Below the pieces are notes generated by a model. It searched no databases. It had not been told where the DNA came from and saw nothing but the letters and a program-made list of their open reading frames with translations. Position numbers and translations under genes: made by a program. 54,850 nt of DNA from Nanobdellota archaeon (GTDB lineage Archaea; Nanobdellota; Nanobdellia; Parvarchaeales; Parvarchaeaceae), in NCBI GenBank assembly GCA_021802105.1, contig JAKAAW010000003.1, positions 1 through 54,850 of the forward strand, written 5' to 3'. This document shows, piece by piece, positions 19,006 through 29,799 of this stretch. The stretch's first letter is position 1. Every line of letters begins with the position of its first letter.

Positions 19006-19269
19006 CTATTTTTTAATTCCTAGAACTGATATGTTGAATGACTTACCGCAAGCGATTGATAGAGCCTCGTTGTCACCGTCGTATTCATAAAGCTGTACTC
19101 CTGATTCGGATAATTTATTCTTAATGCTATCGCTAACGTTCGATGCGTATATCACGAACTCAATCTCACCGTTCTTGGTCGCCCTAACGACTGAGTTAAG
19201 ACCTATATAAACGGCTTTATTCTTTATTTTCTCTTGCATCTTTTTCCTTATTTTCTCTTCCATTTTCAT
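19006..19269 (-). CDS. rpl30e: 50S ribosomal protein eL30
   Basis: [14 protein letters not shown] motifs; operon position. Confidence 0.9.
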   Translation of the reverse strand: MKMEEKIRKKMQEKIKNKAVYIGLNSVVRATKNGEIEFVIYASNVSDSIKNKLSESGVQLYEYDGDNEALSIACGKSFNISVLGIKK

Positions 19270-20338
19270 TCACTACTAACTTTATTGCTCCTGTCCCTAT
19301 AGGTATAACCTGATTGGACATTATATTGTTTGCCACGAAGCTGAACTCATCAACTTCATGGTAAAGACTGGCCTCAATTAAGTGTTTAAGGGGAATCTCA
19401 AAGGATGCCCTCGCAAACACTGATTCTGTTTCACCGCTAAGACCATACCTTCCTATACCACGCACTGTACCGTCTACGCACATCGCGTCGGCAATTAAAA
19501 AGATATGTCGCAGATCTACGTTAAGACCTACGTTCTGAAGCGTGTTATAAACTTCATCTATAATAAGATTCCTAGCAGCTTCTATACCTAATACGTTGGA
19601 AACTTCCACAACATCGTTCGATATTGTCCTTGTCTGATCGACTTCGTCTAGCTTTAATATCTCTTCTACGTTTGAACCCATTGTTTTTATCCAGAAAGTG
19701 TCATCTTTGTCCCTCGTTAATATCGCCCTGCTTACACGGGGTATGCCTGATAGTGTTATGTCGACCACTTTATTGTGAAGTTTTATCAGTTTCTTCACGC
19801 TGTCTACTGTCTTGTCTATGATTATTATTTTATCATCGTTTATGTGGGCGTTAAGCTTCGTCTTTCCAAGCTTTGACTCAATAACCTTTGTGCTTAAACC
19901 ATATTGTTTTATTGTGTCTTTGTCAATCACCAGTTCAACTGACTTCTTTCTTATAGAGATATCATAAGAGGAGATTATATCTCCTATTTTTATCTCTATG
20001 ATCCGAGATGCGATATCCGACACTTTTTGCTTGGATTTTGCGTATTCTGGCTTTAAGTATATCTCCATGACAGGTGTCGAGATCTCTTTTTTGGCATCAA
20101 ATATCTCAACTAGTCTAGGAAGTCCGGAAGTTGTGTTTATAACGGTAAGACCAGCCGCGTGCTTTGTTCTAAGTGTAAGCTGAGTACTTGCCTCTCCTAT
20201 ACTCTGTGCAGCTATAACCCCCACAGCTTCTCCTGGTGTTATAAGAGAATGCTCGTACAGTTTCCTAAGTTCTTCTATATCGGCCTTTTCGCCATATTTA
20301 TCCTTGTAAGCTTTCACGTATTTTTCTGGTATTTCCAT
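19217..20338 (-). CDS. rpoA2: RNA polymerase subunit A''
   Basis: [26 protein letters not shown]; likely start ATG 20338. Confidence 0.96.
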   Translation of the reverse strand: MEIPEKYVKAYKDKYGEKADIEELRKLYEHSLITPGEAVGVIAAQSIGEASTQLTLRTKHAAGLTVINTTSGLPRLVEIFDAKKEISTPVMEIYLKPEYAKSKQKVSDIASRIIEIKIGDIISSYDISIRKKSVELVIDKDTIKQYGLSTKVIESKLGKTKLNAHINDDKIIIIDKTVDSVKKLIKLHNKVVDITLSGIPRVSRAILTRDKDDTFWIKTMGSNVEEILKLDEVDQTRTISNDVVEVSNVLGIEAARNLIIDEVYNTLQNVGLNVDLRHIFLIADAMCVDGTVRGIGRYGLSGETESVFARASFEIPLKHLIEASLYHEVDEFSFVANNIMSNQVIPIGTGAIKLVVNENGRENKEKDARENKE

Positions 20339-20339
20339 A

Positions 20340-22862
20340 TTAAATCTTAAGTTCCCCCTTGTCGCTGGCAGATACATCAATGCCATCCTCTCCATACTTG
20401 AACTGGATTATCTTATTGCCTAGCCTTACTGAAAGATCATTTTTGACTTTTAGATCTTGAAGAGCAGATGATAGACGCCTCTGCATGTAACCAGAGATGG
20501 GAGTACGTATTACATTGTCCATTAATCCCTCACGGCTACTTGCTGCGTGCAGGAAGTATTCGACTGGGTTAAGACCTTTCTTATAATTTGACGTTATGAA
20601 ACCGCGTGCCATAAGCCCGTTGTCTCCCTTCTTAGAGTGCGATGTAAGCCTGCCTTCGAACCCGTTGCTTATTCTTACGTCTCTAAGGAGCTGCTGTCCT
20701 ACAAGGCCCACCATAGGGATCAAGTTTGTCATGCTACCTTTAGCACCAGTGTTCATCATTGCTTCGACGTTATTATTTTTACTCTCTATGAACGCGCTGA
20801 TTACATTTCTAACGCGCACTTTAAGTTTGTTAGTCAAACTGACCATCTTAGGCTCCAAAAGAGGATCTTGTTCCTTAATGATGTCATTTGCAGCGTCAAT
20901 GCCATCCTTTACTACCTCGGAGATCTTTGTGTAAGCGGCATCTGGGAGATCAAAATCGCTCATGCTTATACTCATGCCATTCTTAAGCAGTACTATAAGG
21001 CTGAGTTTTGAGAACTGATCTATGAAGCGGGATGTTATATCAGGTCCGTACCTTACGAACAGGAATTGAAGAAGACTTCCATTTTCTTTACCGATGGTTG
21101 CGCTGTCTATTACGCCGGTGGTAAGCTTCCCATTCTTTATCCTAACATATGAATCATCATCGTTTGTTATCTTATAAGTCGTACTTTGACTTTCAAAGTT
21201 GAGATCGTCTGGCAGAAGCATACTGAACACTTCTCTGCCGGAGTATTTCTCCTTCTTGAGAGGTGCTGGTATTCCTATCGCTGACAGAAGGAATTCTACC
21301 GTCGCTTTGTCGACAATGGTGTTCTTGTCGGTGAGTATGGCGCATCCGGATATATAATCTTGTACCGCTCCTATAAGAGGTAACCCGTGCCTAGGCGAGA
21401 CGATATTGTGCTTTATGTTTATTATCATGTCAGCTTCGGCGAGAGCCTCTTCATTCTGAAGGACGTGTATGTTCATCTCGTCGCCGTCGAAATCTGCATT
21501 ATAAGGGAGAGTCGCTGAAGGGTTTATACCAAGAGTGTTATATGGGAGGACCTTTGCGTAATGTCCCATAATCGAAAGCCTGTGAAGTGACGGCTGCCTA
21601 TTAAAAAGCATGATGTCACCGTCTATTATGTGCCTTTCAACGATGTATCCAGGCTTCAATTCATCTATGGTGTTCTGAACTGTAGACTCAGTTATCTTTT
21701 TCTTTATACCGTCTGGTGTTATTATATAATTCGCTCCAGGGTAAGAGTTGTAGTTCTTTACAAGTACTTTCATCCTGTCAAGATTGATTTCTGTTATATA
21801 CTCTGGGAAGGTTATTTCCTTTGCTATCTTTATAGGTACTCCAACTTCGTCAAGGCGAAGGAACGGATCCGGGGCTATGACCGAGCGGGCCCCGTAGTTT
21901 ACCCTCTTACCTAAAACTGAGCTTCTAAAGCGACCCTCTTTTCCTTTGACCCTATCCTCAAGTGTCTTAAGCTTCTTTCCGGATTTGTGTCTTGCTACGG
22001 GTATCTGTGCTGTTCCATTTGATATAAATGTAGTAACATGATACTGTAAAAGATCCCAAAGCTCGTCTATTATTATTTCAGGCGCACCTGATTTTATGTT
22101 CTCAGCAAGCCTCTGATTGGTTCTTACTATGTCTGTAAGTTTGTGTGTAAGGTCATCTTCACTTCTCTGACCATTCTCAAGAGTTATAGAAGGCCTGATT
22201 GTTATTGATGGCACAGACAATAACGTTATTATCATCCATTCAGGTCTGGAGTGATCTGGATCAAGACCCATAAACTGAAGATCTGAATCTTTTATCTTTT
22301 CCAGCCTCTCAAGGATATCGACAGCAGTAAGCTTTTGACCTGCGTACATGAATGTGTAAGGTTTCTCTAGCTTTATTTTCTGCTGCTTTTCATGGCAGAA
22401 AGGACACACGCTGACGTTTTTTGCATGCTTTACTATAGCTTTTATCGTCCTATTCTTCTTCTGTAACCCTTCGTGCGCTTCTACAGTTACTAACATCTCG
22501 CTGAATTTCTTAAGGTTATTTTCTGGTATAAGTATCCTGCCGCACGCGTTGCATGTAGAGTTTATAAAATTGTATATAAATGGGACCATCTTAATGTTAA
22601 AGACAGGTCTTGCGAGTTCTATGTGTCCAAAGTGACCTGGACAGTCTCTTATAGTATTTCCGCATGTCTTACATATCAGTCCTGGATCAGTTACGCCCAT
22701 CCTAAGGTCTGATAGCCCTCCATCTACAGGGAAACCATCAATATCATAAAGTTCTGATGAGGTTACAGCGACAGTGCTCATCTTCTGTATCGTCTTCGGA
22801 GATAACACTCCAAATTCTATTCCATCTATCTTGTTGAAAACAAAGTTCGAATCGAGTCTCAT
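20340..22862 (-). CDS. rpoA1: RNA polymerase subunit A'
   Basis: Catalytic [10 protein letters not shown] motif; CPGHFGH. Confidence 0.98.
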   Translation of the reverse strand: MRLDSNFVFNKIDGIEFGVLSPKTIQKMSTVAVTSSELYDIDGFPVDGGLSDLRMGVTDPGLICKTCGNTIRDCPGHFGHIELARPVFNIKMVPFIYNFINSTCNACGRILIPENNLKKFSEMLVTVEAHEGLQKKNRTIKAIVKHAKNVSVCPFCHEKQQKIKLEKPYTFMYAGQKLTAVDILERLEKIKDSDLQFMGLDPDHSRPEWMIITLLSVPSITIRPSITLENGQRSEDDLTHKLTDIVRTNQRLAENIKSGAPEIIIDELWDLLQYHVTTFISNGTAQIPVARHKSGKKLKTLEDRVKGKEGRFRSSVLGKRVNYGARSVIAPDPFLRLDEVGVPIKIAKEITFPEYITEINLDRMKVLVKNYNSYPGANYIITPDGIKKKITESTVQNTIDELKPGYIVERHIIDGDIMLFNRQPSLHRLSIMGHYAKVLPYNTLGINPSATLPYNADFDGDEMNIHVLQNEEALAEADMIINIKHNIVSPRHGLPLIGAVQDYISGCAILTDKNTIVDKATVEFLLSAIGIPAPLKKEKYSGREVFSMLLPDDLNFESQSTTYKITNDDDSYVRIKNGKLTTGVIDSATIGKENGSLLQFLFVRYGPDITSRFIDQFSKLSLIVLLKNGMSISMSDFDLPDAAYTKISEVVKDGIDAANDIIKEQDPLLEPKMVSLTNKLKVRVRNVISAFIESKNNNVEAMMNTGAKGSMTNLIPMVGLVGQQLLRDVRISNGFEGRLTSHSKKGDNGLMARGFITSNYKKGLNPVEYFLHAASSREGLMDNVIRTPISGYMQRRLSSALQDLKVKNDLSVRLGNKIIQFKYGEDGIDVSASDKGELKI

Positions 22863-24661
22863 ACCTTTTTACCTAACAATATCTTTGGATATATACCGAC
22901 AGCTTTAAGCTCATCGAGGAGTATCTTGAACGAAGCAGATACTTCTATGAGTTTTATCGGAGCGTCCTCTCCGTCTATCTGGCAATATCCCGTTTTCTTA
23001 CGTACGTTGTAAACGGCGGTCAGACCGCACTTCGAGCATACTGGGATGGATATCTTATCCGAATCGAATCTTTCTTTAAGAGCCAACGCCGCACCGTAAG
23101 CCACGAAACAGTCTTTCTCCATTTCTCCCAACCTTAGACCACCGCTCTTGGACTTCCCCTCAGTTGGCTGTCTTGTAAGAAGCTGTATAGGGCCCCTCGA
23201 GCGCCACTGTATCTTGTTCGCTACGAAGTGCTTTAATCTTATATACATCATATCTCCAACAAATATCCTAACTTTCATTTCTTCACCGGTTATTCCATTG
23301 TACATTGTCTCTACACCGTTCTCTCTAAAACCGTATGACTTTAGTTCATTTCTTAGCTCTTCTTCGCTCTCTCCTGTGAAAGGAGTGCCGTCAACATGCC
23401 TGCCACCAAGGGCACCTACTTTCCCAGCTATGAGTTCTAAAAGGTATGACATTGACATTCTTGAAGGAAGCGAATAGGGCGAGAATATTAGATCCGGCGT
23501 TATTCCTGAGTATGTGAATGGCATATCCTCTTCATTGAGCAGCATACCGACGACTCCTTTCTGTCCGCTCCTGGAACCAAATTTGTCACCAATCTCTACT
23601 CTTCTATCCTGTCTTACCTTAACTGATACGTACTTATTACCATCGAATGTTGAAGTTAAGAAAACGTTGTCAACCGTTCCGCTCTCTCCGGTCCTGCACT
23701 CTACAGAGGTTTCTATCTGCTTCTGAACGCCTAATCTAAACTTATCTATTGAGGAGATAAATCTAGGAGGAGAAACCCTACCTATAAGTACATCGCCACT
23801 ATCTACTTCCACTGAAGGGAATACTATCCCATCCTCATCAAGGAATTGGTAGGCATCTTCAGATCTATATCCAATTACATCCTTATCTGGTATTATTATC
23901 TTATCACTCTGTCCACCTATATACCTAGTCTCCTCTATTTTATATGGCCTAAAGAACATCGACCTGAAGAGCCCTCTATCAACCGAAGCCTTGTTTATTA
24001 TTACGGCGTCGTCCATATTATATCCCAGGTAGGATACTACTGCTACGACTATATTTTGACCGAAAACGTGGCTGTTAAAGGCAGGATCGTCGTACATTTT
24101 TGTCTTGACTATAGGTACCTGTTGATCCACAGCAACCATTGAGTCGTTGTCCATTCTTATAAGATAATTGTTCGAATAGATTCCTACACCCTGTTGTACA
24201 CTTTTAACAGCGGTAACATTTCTGTGCGCATTACTGTGATTTACAAAAGGAAGCATAGCCACTTGCGTACCGAAGATAGATAAAGGCGTAATTTCCATGT
24301 GCGTGTGTTCGGCAGTCAGTTCTTCTTCGCTGAGTGCAACGTAAGCATCCTCTTCTTCATCAGCATCTAGATACTCTATCTTCCCATCCTTCACGAGGTC
24401 CCCCCATGTTATATGACCATCACTTAAAAGACTTACGTCTTCTTTGGTAACCATAGGTTTCCCGTTCTTGACAACGATAAGAGCCCTGACTAGACGACCT
24501 CCATCAGTGTTTATCACGACTGTGTCTGTCTCTTTCCTGTACCTTACATTTAGACTACTAGGGAGTTTACCGCTTCTTCTGTCTGTTATGAGATTCTTTA
24601 CAAGTTTGCGGGGTTCTTCTATCTGGCCGCTAAGCACGCCATTTAAAAATACGAAACTCAT
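22859..24661 (-). CDS. rpoB1: RNA polymerase subunit B'
   Basis: GDKFGSRSGQKG and GGLRLGEME motifs. Confidence 0.97.
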   Translation of the reverse strand: MSFVFLNGVLSGQIEEPRKLVKNLITDRRSGKLPSSLNVRYRKETDTVVINTDGGRLVRALIVVKNGKPMVTKEDVSLLSDGHITWGDLVKDGKIEYLDADEEEDAYVALSEEELTAEHTHMEITPLSIFGTQVAMLPFVNHSNAHRNVTAVKSVQQGVGIYSNNYLIRMDNDSMVAVDQQVPIVKTKMYDDPAFNSHVFGQNIVVAVVSYLGYNMDDAVIINKASVDRGLFRSMFFRPYKIEETRYIGGQSDKIIIPDKDVIGYRSEDAYQFLDEDGIVFPSVEVDSGDVLIGRVSPPRFISSIDKFRLGVQKQIETSVECRTGESGTVDNVFLTSTFDGNKYVSVKVRQDRRVEIGDKFGSRSGQKGVVGMLLNEEDMPFTYSGITPDLIFSPYSLPSRMSMSYLLELIAGKVGALGGRHVDGTPFTGESEEELRNELKSYGFRENGVETMYNGITGEEMKVRIFVGDMMYIRLKHFVANKIQWRSRGPIQLLTRQPTEGKSKSGGLRLGEMEKDCFVAYGAALALKERFDSDKISIPVCSKCGLTAVYNVRKKTGYCQIDGEDAPIKLIEVSASFKILLDELKAVGIYPKILLGKKV

Positions 24662-26136
24662 AACGATTTCACTCCATACTCTTTTATCTTATTAATAACT
24701 TCAGTGTTATCGGCTCCGTCCTCCGATATCCTAGCGAGTATCGCTATGTTTTTTGTCAGTCCAATATTGGGACCTTCAGGGGTCTCAGTTGCGCAGAATC
24801 TACCAAAGTGTGTACCGTGAAGGTCCCTAGCCCTCGAATTTTCCCTATTAGACGTCAATAGAGATTCAACTTTTCTAAGATGTGAAACGGTATCAGGGAA
24901 GCTTCGTCTGTTGAGGTGCTGTGTTATCCCAACTCTTCCGCCAACCCATTGACCGGTGGCAAGAGAAGACCTAAGCCTTGATGTTAGCTGGTCTGATGTA
25001 AATATGTGCTTTGGGTTTGGGATCCTGTCCTTTCTTATTCCTCTCTCGAAGTTATACTTTGCGTCATTAAGTATCTGCTTGAAAACGAACCTGAAAAGCA
25101 TATCTAAATTATAACTTTCTGCATGAAGTCTCTTATTTGAGTAGTGATCTTTGTCAACCTCTTTCTTGTTCATGGAATACGAAAGCATAGTGGAAATAAC
25201 ATAAATTAGATACTCTCCTTTCATCCTCCTAGACTGTTCATCTCTGCCTAAGAAAGGAAATAGCAGAGCATCTATGTTAGATGACGCGGTATCGATTGGG
25301 TGAACAGAGTGTAAAGATTTACCTATAGTCTCTAAAGCGTCTTTCTCGCTATCAGCGTTGTAAGCAAGAAGATTTATGTTTACAGTGTTCTCTATGTCCT
25401 CATCGCCCTTTGCCACTTTTTTTATCAGTTCGTTTTCGTTGGTGAAACCGAGTGCTTTAAGAAGTGTAAACACAGGGATCTTTTTCAATTTGCCAAAAGT
25501 TATGTAAAGAAGATTGCTGCTAGAAAGCTGCACTGTGTGTGGAACCTTTATGTTCTCTGCATCAGCGAAAATCTTTGCAGAGTATACGAATCCTTCCTGA
25601 CTCTCCTTGCTTATCAATATGTTATTTGGAGCAAGATCCTCCGTAGTTATTATTATTCTTTCTGTTCCATTTATTATAAAATAGCCCCCGGGATCGTCCG
25701 GATCTTCATTAAATTTTACCAGCTCTTCCCTTGATAGGCCGTTAAGGTTGCAGTATTTAGATTTTACAACGACAGGTATCCTGCCTATAAAGACCTCCTC
25801 TTCGGCTATCTGCTTCTTATCAGCTATATATGACACATTTAGAACCATCGGTGCATCGTATGTAAGATCCCTTATTCTTGCCTCCATAGGAGTCAGCTGT
25901 CTCAGCACGCCATCCGCCTCTAATATATCTGGTTTGCCTATGGTTATCTTACCCAATTTTATAATGAAAGTTGTGATGCCCTGCGGTTTCATTACAGGTT
26001 CTACGGCGTTCTCACTGTCTACTATTTTCTGTATACCCTGATCTAAGAAATATTCAAATGATGAGATATGGTGTCCCGCTATATTATTCGACTTTATGGC
26101 CATCTCCAGCAATTTGTCATTAGTTTCCCTATTCAT
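24658..26136 (-). CDS. rpoB2: RNA polymerase subunit B''
   Basis: DPGGYFIINGTER and ETPEGPNIGL motifs. Confidence 0.97.
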   Translation of the reverse strand: MNRETNDKLLEMAIKSNNIAGHHISSFEYFLDQGIQKIVDSENAVEPVMKPQGITTFIIKLGKITIGKPDILEADGVLRQLTPMEARIRDLTYDAPMVLNVSYIADKKQIAEEEVFIGRIPVVVKSKYCNLNGLSREELVKFNEDPDDPGGYFIINGTERIIITTEDLAPNNILISKESQEGFVYSAKIFADAENIKVPHTVQLSSSNLLYITFGKLKKIPVFTLLKALGFTNENELIKKVAKGDEDIENTVNINLLAYNADSEKDALETIGKSLHSVHPIDTASSNIDALLFPFLGRDEQSRRMKGEYLIYVISTMLSYSMNKKEVDKDHYSNKRLHAESYNLDMLFRFVFKQILNDAKYNFERGIRKDRIPNPKHIFTSDQLTSRLRSSLATGQWVGGRVGITQHLNRRSFPDTVSHLRKVESLLTSNRENSRARDLHGTHFGRFCATETPEGPNIGLTKNIAILARISEDGADNTEVINKIKEYGVKSL

Positions 26137-26142
26137 AATAAA

Positions 26143-26403
26143 TCACTTCACCACAAGGCGATAATACGCTGCTTCACCTGCTGTAGCGCTATCACGCGTT
26201 ATCTCCAGCACGTCTCCTTCATTGGCATTAAGCTGCTTCACCGCCGGATCGGTTAGTTTTATTTTCGGCAAATCTCTCATTGAAATCTTAAACTTCTCTA
26301 AGAGTGCCGATATTTCATCTGGAGTAAGCACTCTATATTTCGGCGAAAGGCGGCTGCTAAAAACGTCTAAATCCAAGTGGGAAACCTCGTAAGTGATTTT
26401 CAA
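26143..26403 (-). CDS. rpoH: RNA polymerase subunit H
   Basis: LPKI..TDP, GDV..I.R.S.TAG..YYR.V; start uncertain. Confidence 0.93.
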   Translation of the reverse strand: MKITYEVSHLDLDVFSSRLSPKYRVLTPDEISALLEKFKISMRDLPKIKLTDPAVKQLNANEGDVLEITRDSATAGEAAYYRLVVK

Positions 26404-26520
26404 TTAGTTAAAGTGATATTACGACTATATAAAGCTTTCGGTCCGTTTATTTTACGTAAAAAGTCCAAAAAAACGGTTAGAAAATACACTTTTAACTACT
26501 CTATAATAAGTTTGCTATCT

Positions 26521-27294
26521 TCAGACAGGGTTGCTTAGTATACTAGCCATAAACGGCGGTCTCCTGTATGTGCTCTGAGCTTTTATTATCTTATACAATG
26601 TATCTGAACTAAACAGAAAAGACAGAGAAATAAACGGTACAAATATGCTTAGCAGGAGTATCCTAATTGCTAAGGATACGTTAAACGCTAAGGATATGTA
26701 TAGTAGTACCGCCGCCATAACAAAGTATATTACTAATAAGAGCATACATTTCACAAATGAGCCTCTTGCGGTTTCTGTGGACTCCTTAAGCGCATCCATA
26801 AAGGTGAAATCCTGGCCGTGGTTGAGCACTGAGAAGAAAACTATTCTTGTGCCAAAATAAAACCCTGGTATTATAAACAACACCGCACCGCCTATAAAAA
26901 CGAACAGCTGGAATACGCTTGCAACTAGGAATTTTGGATACTTTAAAGCAGCAACCACAACAAGTTCCTTCCAGCGCATTCTTGCTTTTGTTTCCATCCT
27001 TCTCTTTACCTCAAGCCCGAGCGACAGCAGATAGAAAAAAAAGAAGAATTCCAGCGCAACTAAAGCCAGTGCTGAAGGTATCACATATGAAGGGTATATC
27101 GTTGTATATTCAGTACTAAACGGAGCAGAAGAGACTAGGTTTAGAACTGAATACAAACCTCCATAGCTTATCAAGAAAAGAGTGGCTACCATTGCGACGA
27201 AAACCGGCAATATATTTGCTCTAAAAACGCCGTTGCGCACTATACCTGAATAAACAGAATTCATCAAATCTGACTTTATGTTTACTGAGCCCAT
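26521..27294 (-). CDS. Hypothetical multi-pass membrane protein
   Basis: About 6 hydrophobic helices; LFIIPG..ALKES motif. Confidence 0.75.
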   Translation of the reverse strand: MGSVNIKSDLMNSVYSGIVRNGVFRANILPVFVAMVATLFLISYGGLYSVLNLVSSAPFSTEYTTIYPSYVIPSALALVALEFFFFFYLLSLGLEVKRRMETKARMRWKELVVVAALKYPKFLVASVFQLFVFIGGAVLFIIPGFYFGTRIVFFSVLNHGQDFTFMDALKESTETARGSFVKCMLLLVIYFVMAAVLLYISLAFNVSLAIRILLLSIFVPFISLSFLFSSDTLYKIIKAQSTYRRPPFMASILSNPV

Positions 27295-27322
27295 GGATAA
27301 TTATACTGCTCTAAATTTATAA

Positions 27323-27973
27323 TCATTTAGAGATTAGCTTGTTTCTATAATATCCCTTCTTATCATATTCACAGTAGCTGTATATTGGACAACGGTAACA
27401 CTTAGGGGCTATCGGTTTGCAAGTATCTCTGCCAAATTGGACAAGAATATGATTGGTTATCAAGCGGAGATTCTTTGGAAGCATAGTCTCCAAAATTTCC
27501 TCTGTCTTCTCCGGTTTTTCCTTTGGCTTAACTGCGCCCAGTCTTTGAGCGATTCTGTTAACGTGCGTGTCTACAGGTATGTAGGGCAGCCCGAAAGCCC
27601 ATACCAGCACCAGTGCAGCGACCTTGTTGCCCACGCCAGGTATTGATATTAGGTCTTTTTTGTTTCTAGGCACCTTTCCATGAAATTTTTCTATAAGCAC
27701 AGAGCACGCTTCTTTAAGTAGCTTTGATTTTGTCTTGTAGAAGCCCACTGGATATATCAATTTCTCTATATCACTAGTTTTCATATGCATCATTTTATAG
27801 GGAGAATCTGCTTTGCCTAGAAGTCTTTTTTGCGCTGGGAATGTCGTCGTATCCTTGGTCCTTGTTGAGAGTATACCGTGCACTAGTATCTCGAACGGAT
27901 CCCCTGTCTCTGCCCTTACTTTATAAATTTTCGCCAGGGCTTTTATCGCCTTCGACAGTTGTTTTTTATCCAT
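27323..27973 (-). CDS. nth: Endonuclease III (HhH-GPD glycosylase with 4Fe-4S cluster)
   Basis: SIPGVGNKVA, VDTHV, C-x6-C-x2-C-x5-C; likely start ATG 27973. Confidence 0.93.
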   Translation of the reverse strand: MDKKQLSKAIKALAKIYKVRAETGDPFEILVHGILSTRTKDTTTFPAQKRLLGKADSPYKMMHMKTSDIEKLIYPVGFYKTKSKLLKEACSVLIEKFHGKVPRNKKDLISIPGVGNKVAALVLVWAFGLPYIPVDTHVNRIAQRLGAVKPKEKPEKTEEILETMLPKNLRLITNHILVQFGRDTCKPIAPKCYRCPIYSYCEYDKKGYYRNKLISK

Positions 27974-27975
27974 GG

Positions 27976-29154
27976 TCAAGGCGCCTGATAATTGCTAGTG
28001 TACACTATGTTCGCCTGGAGCCCATTATTTCCATTGCCACTGTAATCTTCTGCCGTGCCATTCAAAGGCCACCATCCAAATAAAGTGTTTGATACCTGCT
28101 TTGACATTAAGCCACTGTTGTATATAGAAATTATTTGTGTATGATTTAGCGCGCTTTTGTAAACTTGAATCCCTGACATCATGACATCCGTAACGTGACC
28201 TCCGTCGGGAGCTCCTATAAAAACACTGTCCGAGCCGGCACTTGTACCGGAATATCCACCTCCTGCACTTTCAGCATTGTTGAAATAAAGAGAAGCTGTC
28301 GTATCAGAGGCGTTATATACCCCCACAACAAGATACCAAGAGGTCATGCTTGGTGTAAATGAGTTAGGCTGTGCGCCACCATGGACAAATTCTAAGGGCC
28401 ACGGGCCGGATGTAGTGTAGCCTCCGTTAAAACGCAGATCTCCGCAATGGTAGCCGCACGCAGATGAGTTGCCTAAGGATATCGGATCGAACTGAGGATT
28501 CTGTGTGTCATAAGTTTCTTTTCCTACATTTACCCATGCAACCAGAGAAACGCTGCTTGAGTTGGGAAAATTAAGATTGGATTTTATAATACTTATTATG
28601 GAACTTGTTGTAAAAAATGCTACATACAAAGGTTGAACTGTCAAAGATACTCTACCTGAAACTGTTCCGCTTGACAAGTAAGGGCCTGAAAACGTCTGTC
28701 CGGGTTCTGTGTAGTTAACGCTGACAGATACTGAAAATTTTGAGCCTGCTCTAGGGCATATATTTGACAGGGAGAAGGTGTAAGTCCCGCCTGGCACTAT
28801 CTCCGGATTGGGATCAACCGTTGAGTTTCCAGAGAAAGAAACCGTGTTGCTGTTCCCTGTTGCGGTTATCTTAGTTATGTTTATCGTATTCCCTATATTG
28901 TTACCGAGTTGGATCCTGAGGACCCCATTTGAATAACACTGAGCTGTCACACTACCTAAGTTTGAGAAGCCGGTTATAGTCGCCGATATGCTTGACGATG
29001 GGGAGAATATCCCAAAAGAGTATAATACTGCCGCAACTATGACTATGATAAGGATGGCCCAGCCATAGGTCATCATGTACTCCAATGCAGACTGTGATCT
29101 TTTGTGGATCAGTAGCTCCTTCCGTCTGCCGTTTGTATGTATGTGCAAGGGCAT
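27976..29154 (-). CDS. Type IV pilin-like protein with class III signal peptide and C-terminal LamG/ConA-like domain
   Basis: KRS|QSALEYMMTYGWAILII... pilin N-terminus; SLVAWVN, WYLVVGVYN, IQVYKSAL and WWPLNG..DYSGNGNNG are LamG-like. Confidence 0.88.
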   Translation of the reverse strand: MPLHIHTNGRRKELLIHKRSQSALEYMMTYGWAILIIVIVAAVLYSFGIFSPSSSISATITGFSNLGSVTAQCYSNGVLRIQLGNNIGNTINITKITATGNSNTVSFSGNSTVDPNPEIVPGGTYTFSLSNICPRAGSKFSVSVSVNYTEPGQTFSGPYLSSGTVSGRVSLTVQPLYVAFFTTSSIISIIKSNLNFPNSSSVSLVAWVNVGKETYDTQNPQFDPISLGNSSACGYHCGDLRFNGGYTTSGPWPLEFVHGGAQPNSFTPSMTSWYLVVGVYNASDTTASLYFNNAESAGGGYSGTSAGSDSVFIGAPDGGHVTDVMMSGIQVYKSALNHTQIISIYNSGLMSKQVSNTLFGWWPLNGTAEDYSGNGNNGLQANIVYTSNYQAP

Positions 29155-29294
29155 ATAATTGGTATTTGGCTTTAGATGGATTTAAACTTTGTCTTACGGC
29201 TTCCTGTTTGAGGGGACTCAAGCTTGCAGATTCAAAGTTTGAGGAGCCATTTCCACAGCGGGACAAATCTTATCTTCTTGCCTTTGACTTCTTT
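28966..29294 (-). repeat. Pilin module repeat copy C, including putative TATA box (TTTAAA 29181-29186)
   Basis: Aligns to copies A and B; TATA about 27 nt upstream of ATG 29154. Confidence 0.9.
29232..29294 (-). pseudogene. 3'-terminal remnant of an AAA_14/DUF4143 ATPase gene
   Basis: Reads KEVKGKKIRFVPLWKWLLKL* versus EKVKGKKIRFIPLWKWLLKL* at the end of 395-1678. Confidence 0.9.
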
Positions 29295-29475
29295 CAAAAG
29301 TTCCTTCGTCCTCTTCCGACGTCCGGAAAGCCACTCTCCTTTAACTTTTTGGCTTTCCAAGCCATTTTATGTTATTGTTAAGAACGCGGCTTCCTGAAAT
29401 GCTTTTTAGTCCCTATTTTGGGACTGGTTTACTTCTGTGGATAGCTATAAATAGTATTTCGAGTACGATAAAAAT

Positions 29476-29799
29476 ATGAAATATGAGCTTAATGAAGGAT
29501 TAAAGAGATTGTACGACAGCTACGATATAGATTTCGATGCGATAATAGACAGCATAAAAGCAAAGGGATATAATAAAGTCGCAGTACAATTGCCCGATGG
29601 TTTCAAACTGCATTCGCTTGAGATATCAGATTTTATACGTGAGAATTCCGGCGCAGAAGTCTTTATATGGGGTGGTAGCACATATGGTGCCTGTGATGTC
29701 CCATTAGGGTTAGAGAGACTAGGCGTAAAAATGATCATCCAGTTAGGTCACGCTAAATATAGAGCAGACCAGACGCAAAAGCCATTGGAGATAAAATGA
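29476..29799 (+). CDS. dph2: Diphthamide biosynthesis Dph2, N-terminal domain only
   Basis: VAVQLPDG, YGACD and IIQLGH motifs; only 107 aa. Confidence 0.85.
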   Translation: MKYELNEGLKRLYDSYDIDFDAIIDSIKAKGYNKVAVQLPDGFKLHSLEISDFIRENSGAEVFIWGGSTYGACDVPLGLERLGVKMIIQLGHAKYRADQTQKPLEIK

